In this document: positions 58,384-64,000 of the stretch, in pieces
How the letters are laid out: every line of letters begins with the position of its first letter
Numbering within the stretch: the first letter of the stretch is position 1
Origin: Candidatus Latescibacterota bacterium
GTDB lineage: Bacteria; Latescibacterota; UBA2968; UBA8231
Reading direction: 5' to 3'
DNA: 64,000 nucleotides
Assembly (NCBI GenBank): GCA_965203355.1
Contig: OZ241889.1
Span: forward strand, 2,080,001-2,144,000
Position numbers and translations under genes: made by a program
The notes under the pieces: model-generated
Databases searched by the model: none
Seen by the model: only the letters and a program-made list of their open reading frames with translations
What the model was told of the DNA's origin: nothing

Positions 58384-58977
58384 ATGCGGCGGATGAGTTA
58401 CACCCAACAATACTTGGCCGCGGCGGCGCAAGTCATTGAGCAGCTAGATCGCAAGGCGATTGAGGCGATAGTCCAACTCGTCGTCGAGACCCGTCAGGGC
58501 GACGGGCGGCTCTTTATTCTCGGCGTGGGGGGGAGCGCGGGCAATGCGAGCCACGCGGTCAATGACTTTCGCAAGATCGCGGGCATTGAGTCCTACGCCC
58601 CCACGGACAACGTCTCGGAACTGACGGCGCGGATCAACGACGAGGGCTGGGAGACGGCCTTTGCCAAATGGCTGGAGGGCAGTCGGTTAAACGAAAAGGA
58701 TCTGATCTTGGTCTTGTCCGTCGGCGGCGGCCATCGCCCACTGAATACCAGCGTCAACTTGGTTGCAGCACTGGAATACGCCAAAGAGGTCGGAGCCAAA
58801 ATCTGCGGCATCGTGGGGCGAGATGGCGGCTTTACGGCCCAAGCCGCCGATGCCTGCGCGATTGTGCCGACGGTCGCGCCGGATGCGGTCACGCCGCTGA
58901 CGGAATCCTTCCAAGCCGTTATATGGCATTTAATTGTTTCGCATCCCGAAGTACAAGTGGAGCGCACCAGATGGTAG
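58384..58977 (+). CDS. SIS-domain phosphoheptose isomerase (GmhA-like)
   Basis: GVGGSAGNASHAVNDFRK, LTARINDEGW, GRDGG. Confidence 0.8.
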   Translation: MRRMSYTQQYLAAAAQVIEQLDRKAIEAIVQLVVETRQGDGRLFILGVGGSAGNASHAVNDFRKIAGIESYAPTDNVSELTARINDEGWETAFAKWLEGSRLNEKDLILVLSVGGGHRPLNTSVNLVAALEYAKEVGAKICGIVGRDGGFTAQAADACAIVPTVAPDAVTPLTESFQAVIWHLIVSHPEVQVERTRW

Positions 58978-59008
58978 ATGCGCGCGCCTCTTCAACGAAA
59001 GGTTGAAC

Positions 59009-60061
59009 ATGTCTGCGGTCCCCCGAGGCCTGCGCCAGTTTTTGCACCGCTATATTCCAGACTTAGAAAAAGAAATGTTCTCGTTCCTCGCCGTGCGCGA
59101 ACCCGAGGGCTTCCTGTACCGGCTGATGCGCGACTACCCTGAGCGCGGCGGCAAGCGATTCCGCCCGGCGCTGGTGCTCTTGGCGTGTCAAGCCTGCGGC
59201 GGCGACGTGGAGAAAGCCATGCGGACGGCGGTGGCCTTTGAGATGTTCCAGTCGTTTGCCGTAGTGCACGACGATATTGAAGACGATTCGGAGATGCGGC
59301 GCGGCAAGCCCTGTTTGCACAAGTCGCACGGGGTCCCATTGGCTATCAACGTCGGCGATGCCCTGTACGCCAAGGTCTTTGAAATCCTCAGCGCAAATCG
59401 CGCCGCTTTGGGGGCGGATGTCGCGCTCGATTTGATGGAGGAGATGATCCGCGGCTCGTGCGAGACGTTTGAGGGACAGGCATACGACGTGGGCTGGATT
59501 CGCCAGCACTACATTCCCAGCGAGGGCGAGTTTATGACCATGCTGCGCAAAAAGACCGGGTGGTACACGGGCCGGGGGCCGTGTACGGCCGGGGCGATTA
59601 TCGCGGGTGCCAGCGTGGGCTTGCGAACTCGTATCGGCGATTTCGGCGAGTCCATGGCCATCGCGTTCCAGCTCCGCGACGACCTGCTGAACTTGAGTTC
59701 TTCCGCCCAGGACGCTGGCTCCGCTCCTGGCGTCACTTCCGGGGCCTACGGCAAGGAGCGGGGTGGAGATATTGCGGAAGGAAAGCGGACCTTGATTATC
59801 ATCGACCTCTTAGGCAAATGCACGGCTGAGGAACGCAAAGAAGTGCTGGCGATCTTGCACCAAGATCGCCAACGCAACACAACCGCCGATATCGAGCGGG
59901 TCATCGCCTTGGTTGAGCACTACGAATGCGACCGCTACGTCGAGCGCGTGTGCCAGCAGAAGGTCGCCGAGAGCTTGGGGCATCTGGGGAAACTTCCGGC
60001 CAATCCCTCGCGCGATATGCTGGGAGAAATGCTGGACTTTTTGGTCCAGCGTGCCTTTTAG
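59009..60061 (+). CDS. Polyprenyl diphosphate synthase
   Basis: GGKRFRP, HDDIED..RRG, KKT, FQLRDDLL, GDIAEGK. Confidence 0.9.
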   Translation: MSAVPRGLRQFLHRYIPDLEKEMFSFLAVREPEGFLYRLMRDYPERGGKRFRPALVLLACQACGGDVEKAMRTAVAFEMFQSFAVVHDDIEDDSEMRRGKPCLHKSHGVPLAINVGDALYAKVFEILSANRAALGADVALDLMEEMIRGSCETFEGQAYDVGWIRQHYIPSEGEFMTMLRKKTGWYTGRGPCTAGAIIAGASVGLRTRIGDFGESMAIAFQLRDDLLNLSSSAQDAGSAPGVTSGAYGKERGGDIAEGKRTLIIIDLLGKCTAEERKEVLAILHQDRQRNTTADIERVIALVEHYECDRYVERVCQQKVAESLGHLGKLPANPSRDMLGEMLDFLVQRAF

Positions 60062-61113
60062 TCCACTACTGGATTTTCCAAATAAGCGAGCAGTAACTGC
60101 GCGGTGTTGACGATGCCGTCCCACGCGCAGATTTCGTACCCGTGCGTGTTGTCGCCTGGGTAGCCAATCAACGCCGCGCGGGCAATGGCCCCGGACGTTT
60201 TGGCAATTGACGAGTCGCTGGAGTACGAAGTGAGGACGGCCGTTTGCGTACCGAACCCGCAAGCGGTGGCCAGGGCGTCAAAGCGGTCGATGATGCGCGC
60301 GTCGTACAGACCGCGACTGTCGCGGACGCCGATGATGGGATTGCCGCTATTGGCCGTGCCGTATTCGGTTGCCGCGGGTGCGATGTCAACGGCAACGGCC
60401 GCGTCAACCGGCAGCCGCCCGAGCGCGTAGATCGCGCCGTGACCGCCGATTTCTTCGCTGGAGCTGGCCACGAGATATACGTCTTGAGCGGGTCGGCTCT
60501 CCCGCAAGTGCCAGCCCACTTCGAGCATGGCCGCCAAGCCGGCGCGGCAATCGAGATTGTAGCCGCAGATGCAATCGCCTAGCCGCCAGAGCGTCTTGTG
60601 TTTGCCAGCGATGACGACCCGAGTGCCGGCGCGGATCCCGCGCTGAGCCAGTTCCTCGGCCGCGAGCCTCGTTTCAATCCACATCTGTTCCCACTTGATG
60701 GGTTGACCGTCTTTGAGTTGCCCGGCTGGACTTTCTGTGGAGACGTGTTTGGCACCGATGGAGAGCACGCCCGGGCAAAGGCCGTCCCGCGCTAGAATTT
60801 CTACTGGACTCTCGCCTAGTGCCCAAGGGTGCAAGCCGCCCAATGGCTGTATCCTAATTTTGCCGTCGGATTCAATGCGCTTGACGATTAGAGCGATCTC
60901 GTCCTTGTGGGCGACAGCGGCCACGGGCTGGTCGCGGCTTTGGCCCTTGATGTGGATGATGATGTTGTCGGCTGCGTCCTGCCAGACAGCGTCGCCGATG
61001 GGGGCGGCGAGCTCGGTGACGAGGGCGTCCATTGCGGATTCCGCGCCCGAGGGCGCGTGTGCGGCGAGCAGTTGCTCGACCAAGCCGTAGAGGCGTTGGG
61101 CATCAATGGTCAT
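60058..61113 (-). CDS. M42 family metallo-aminopeptidase
   Basis: PSGAE, AHKDEI, LDCRAG, EEIG, THGYE. Confidence 0.85.
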   Translation of the reverse strand: MTIDAQRLYGLVEQLLAAHAPSGAESAMDALVTELAAPIGDAVWQDAADNIIIHIKGQSRDQPVAAVAHKDEIALIVKRIESDGKIRIQPLGGLHPWALGESPVEILARDGLCPGVLSIGAKHVSTESPAGQLKDGQPIKWEQMWIETRLAAEELAQRGIRAGTRVVIAGKHKTLWRLGDCICGYNLDCRAGLAAMLEVGWHLRESRPAQDVYLVASSSEEIGGHGAIYALGRLPVDAAVAVDIAPAATEYGTANSGNPIIGVRDSRGLYDARIIDRFDALATACGFGTQTAVLTSYSSDSSIAKTSGAIARAALIGYPGDNTHGYEICAWDGIVNTAQLLLAYLENPVVD

Positions 61114-61201
61114 AGAGTGCTCCTAATGGAAAATGGACCAAGATAATTAGGAGCAACCTGCTGTGCAATGAAAACGCCGCTACGGGAAACTGGCCAAGCG
61201 A

Positions 61202-61810
61202 TCAGGCGGCCGCAGCGAGCGATCCGATTACTTCTTCGGCCAGCCCGCGCAAGGTCTTTTGCAGCCGCAGGCGGCCCCGGTTGACGCGCGATTTGACCGT
61301 GCCTACCGGGCAGTTGATGATCTTGGCAATTTCCTCGTATGAGAGTCCTTTCAAATCGCGGAGGAGCACGGCGGCGCGAAATTCTGAGGGCAGGTTCTCA
61401 ATGGCGGCGACGACGAGGGACTTGACGCGGTTGCCGTCGGTTTGTTCTCCGGGGAGTGGGTCTTTGGCCACCGGTTCGTAAAAGGCGGTTGTCTGTTCGT
61501 CGTCGCTGGGACTGATCGGAATCCAATTCCAGCGCTTGCGGCGGCGCAACTCGGTTTTGGCTAAGTTGCCGGCAATGGTGTAGAGCCAAGTGGAAACTTG
61601 TTCGATGGCTGGGTACTGGTGGCTGTGGCGCAGGCAGCGGAGAAAAGTCTCTTGCACGATATCCTCGGCTGTTTCTTTGTCGCCGACAAAGCGATAGACA
61701 AAGTTGTACAAGGGGATGCGGTAGCGTTTGACCAGTACGTTGAGGTGGCCTTGGTTTTCGGCCGCCCGCAGCAAGATTTCCCGATCCGTGAGTTCATTCA
61801 TAGCTATCAT
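61202..61810 (-). CDS. ECF sigma factor (RpoE-like)
   Basis: AEDIVQETF, TWLYTIA.N, LSYEEIA..GTVKSRVNRGR. Confidence 0.92.
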   Translation of the reverse strand: MIAMNELTDREILLRAAENQGHLNVLVKRYRIPLYNFVYRFVGDKETAEDIVQETFLRCLRHSHQYPAIEQVSTWLYTIAGNLAKTELRRRKRWNWIPISPSDDEQTTAFYEPVAKDPLPGEQTDGNRVKSLVVAAIENLPSEFRAAVLLRDLKGLSYEEIAKIINCPVGTVKSRVNRGRLRLQKTLRGLAEEVIGSLAAAA

Positions 61811-61870
61811 GGTTGTGCTCCTTTCTGGTGCGATTCAAGCGCCTATCGTCCTGATGGCTCTGTGTACATA

Positions 61871-61886
61871 TGCAATAATCGTGCCA
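61871..61886 (-). promoter_or_regulatory. sigma54 promoter of the ECF sigma gene
   Basis: Minus strand TGGCAC-GATTA-TTGCA, about 60 bp upstream of the start. Confidence 0.8.
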
Positions 61887-61963
61887 TTCATGTATTAAGG
61901 TGAAAATATGCGCCTTATTGCTCGTTTTTAGGGGTAATTGGCGACAAAAAGCTGGATATAGCA

Positions 61964-61995
61964 CTCAAAAATCTGAGAATTCTCAGATTTTTGAG
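61964..61995. promoter_or_regulatory. Perfect 32-bp palindrome (two CTCA-N6-TGAG sites), putative enhancer
   Basis: CTCAAAAATCTGAGAA|TTCTCAGATTTTTGAG, 80-110 bp upstream of the -24 box. Confidence 0.65.
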
Positions 61996-62081
61996 GCGCG
62001 TCTTTTGACAGGTACCGGGGCAAGCGGTAGATTTCGCCCCGGTAAATTCACCCGCGTACTTGCTGAAAATGGAGTGCTTTC

Positions 62082-62699
62082 GTGCAAGAGTTGGCCACGC
62101 GCTTGGAGGCCTTGTGCCAAGCCAAGGGGGCGGAAAAATTCTCGGCTGAAGAAATAGTCGAGTTGTTGACAGATGGCGAAGAGGTAGGTTGGATCGTCGA
62201 TCAAATACTACCAGCGGCCACTGAGGCCGATCGCAGCGAAATGGGCCAAGTGCTGGCCGAGATTGCCGCGGCGGCGGCGTCTGCTGATGTCGCAGATACC
62301 GACGATGAAGAACCGGCCGCCGTGGCGGATTTGGACTTGGCCCAATTCCAGCAAGCCCTGCCGCCCGGAGTTGACGTGCAGCAAGTCGAGCAAATGCTGC
62401 GCTCGCCCCGGGGAGCTATGCTGGCCGATTTTAGTGCCTTTTGCCAAGAGCGCGGGTTCGATGGCGAGTTGGGTCAAGCAGAGATGAGCGAGGCCATGCG
62501 GGCATTGCACGAGGAGTGGTTGCAGACGCCGCGCCCGGCGTTAAAAGGGAAAAAACCGGCCGACGCACTGGAGGGCGGTCGGCTCTTTCCCGGCAAGGTA
62601 GAGACCTTCCGCCGCGAAACCCCCAAGGTCGGACGCAACGATCCGTGTACCTGCGGCAGCGGCAAGAAGTTCAAAAGATGCTGCGGCAAGGCCGCTTGA
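62082..62699 (+). CDS. SEC-C motif protein
   Basis: C-terminal [20 protein letters not shown]. Confidence 0.8.
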   Translation: MQELATRLEALCQAKGAEKFSAEEIVELLTDGEEVGWIVDQILPAATEADRSEMGQVLAEIAAAAASADVADTDDEEPAAVADLDLAQFQQALPPGVDVQQVEQMLRSPRGAMLADFSAFCQERGFDGELGQAEMSEAMRALHEEWLQTPRPALKGKKPADALEGGRLFPGKVETFRRETPKVGRNDPCTCGSGKKFKRCCGKAA

Positions 62700-62700
62700 G

Positions 62701-63243
62701 ATGGCCCAGATCGGCCCCTCCACGGCCATTGAAGGCGTCTATATCGCCGAGTTACAGTCGCACGGCGACGAGCGGGGCCGCTTTACCGAAGTGTACCGCA
62801 AAGAGTGGTTTCCCCAGCGCGGCTGGGATGCCTTGCAGTGGAGCCGCTCGGAGTCGCAGCAGGGGGTGCTGCGCGGCTTGCACTATCACCACCACCAAGT
62901 TGACTACTGGCACTGTGGCATGGGCAGGTTGCGCGTCGGGCTGCTCGATCTGCGCTGTAGTTCGCCGACGTGTCGGCAGGGGCAAGTCATCGAATTAGAC
63001 CAAGAGGCATTGCGGGGCGTCTTTATTCCGGCGGGGGTAGCGCATGGCTTTTACGCCGTCACCGACGCCATGCTTTTCTACTTAGTCGATGCCTACTACG
63101 ACGGCACGGACGAGTGGGGCGTGGCTTGGGACGATCCCGATGCGGGGTTGGACTGGGGTATTGAAGGGGGGCCGATTCTCTCGCCGCGAGACCAAAACAA
63201 CCCGAGGTTGCGGGATATTCCACTAGAGGAGTTGCCGAATTAA
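62701..63243 (+). CDS. rfbC: dTDP-4-dehydrorhamnose 3,5-epimerase
   Basis: DERGRF.E, VLRGLHY, IPAGVAHGF, WDDP, LSPRD. Confidence 0.9.
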   Translation: MAQIGPSTAIEGVYIAELQSHGDERGRFTEVYRKEWFPQRGWDALQWSRSESQQGVLRGLHYHHHQVDYWHCGMGRLRVGLLDLRCSSPTCRQGQVIELDQEALRGVFIPAGVAHGFYAVTDAMLFYLVDAYYDGTDEWGVAWDDPDAGLDWGIEGGPILSPRDQNNPRLRDIPLEELPN

Positions 63244-63280
63244 ATTACTGTAGCAAACAAAAAAAGGATATATCACCCAA

Positions 63281-64000
63281 ATGGAAGTCACCATCTCATC
63301 GTTCACAACACTGTGCATCGGCTTCGTACTTGGCGGGCTCGTTATAGGCTTAATTGTGAAACTCCGCACCCGCAGCAGCGATGCTCTCCGCGCCGAAATC
63401 AACACAGCTCAAAGCCGCATTCAAGATATTCTAGGCACCGCCGAGCAGCACAAAAAAGAAGCCGCACAATACCGGATTCAAGCTGCCGAAAGCGAGAAAG
63501 AGCAGGTGCGTCTTCAAACCCGCTTTGAACTCACTCAAACCGACTTAAAAAAACTCCAGTCCGAAAACTCAGATCTAAAAAAACGAATCGAGGATAATCA
63601 AAAAGAAGCGACAGCGATTGCCACCACTAACGCCGACCTCAAAGCCAAACTTGATGCGACCAACAAACAACTCGTGGAAAGAACTGACATCGAAAATACC
63701 CTTCTTGCCCAATTCAAAAACATCGCCACTGATGCTATTACCAATAACAACGAACAATTCCTCAAAAACGCTGACGACAAAATCGGAGCACTCGTCAAGC
63801 AAGCCAGCTCCGACTTTTCTCTCAGTAAAGACGCAGTACAAGAGATCATCAAGCCTTTGTCCGACGAACTCAAGCGCATCGAAGAAGCTCGCAACCAAGC
63901 TCAAGGGAGTCTCAAAGAGCAGATTTCAACTCTTGTCGAAAACAATAGTGCTCTGACGCGAGAAACCCGCAATCTCACTAACGCCCTCAAACGTCCAGAA
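63281..64000 (+). CDS. rmuC: DNA recombination protein RmuC, 3'-truncated by the window edge
   Basis: Not in the ORF track (no stop codon in the window). My translation of its ends gives MEVTISSF.. with an N-terminal TM segment, and IKPL..ETRNLTNALKRPE. Confidence 0.75.
   Translation, partial: MEVTISSFTTLCIGFVLGGLVIGLIVKLRTRSSDALRAEINTAQSRIQDILGTAEQHKKEAAQYRIQAAESEKEQVRLQTRFELTQTDLKKLQSENSDLKKRIEDNQKEATAIATTNADLKAKLDATNKQLVERTDIENTLLAQFKNIATDAITNNNEQFLKNADDKIGALVKQASSDFSLSKDAVQEIIKPLSDELKRIEEARNQAQGSLKEQISTLVENNSALTRETRNLTNALKRPE

Noticed and set aside
1-64000. tRNA/rRNA genes, IS elements and island att repeats
   Set aside because: None recognised by eye. Intergenic gaps are short and no transposase ORF was seen. 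tRNAscan-SE/Infernal would be needed to exclude small RNAs.

Overview
GC-rich bacterial chromosomal window, probably from a Gram-negative, sigma54-using organism with the futalosine menaquinone pathway (lineage not determinable from this window). Housekeeping blocks: MltF, a TRAP transporter, rpiA, a fused IOR, def, a sigma54-driven amtB-glnK-porin-glnA operon beside a NifA-like activator, a sigma70-family gene with a partly decayed tandem copy behind a sigma54 promoter and an NtrC/AtoC-type regulator, menG-mqnE-mqnC-mqnA-mqnP, rfbB, a xylonate dehydratase, ubiX, an RsmF-like MTase, M23 and M42 peptidases, DksA, TolC, transaldolase/SIS, an ECF sigma, rfbC and partial rmuC. A roughly 15.8 kb defence island (about 26.3-42.0 kb) carries a PLD-SF2 helicase, AIPR, a Schlafen/AlbA protein plus ParA, a Type IIG (Eco57I-like) R-M enzyme, a Cre-like tyrosine recombinase, a Fic remnant and an ABC-ATPase/PD-(D/E)XK pair. 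The standout is a candidate invertible specificity switch. A silent, oppositely oriented alternative C-terminal target-recognition domain is linked to the Type IIG gene by 132-bp inverted repeats and sits beside the recombinase. All calls come from manual motif reading; no database searches were run.
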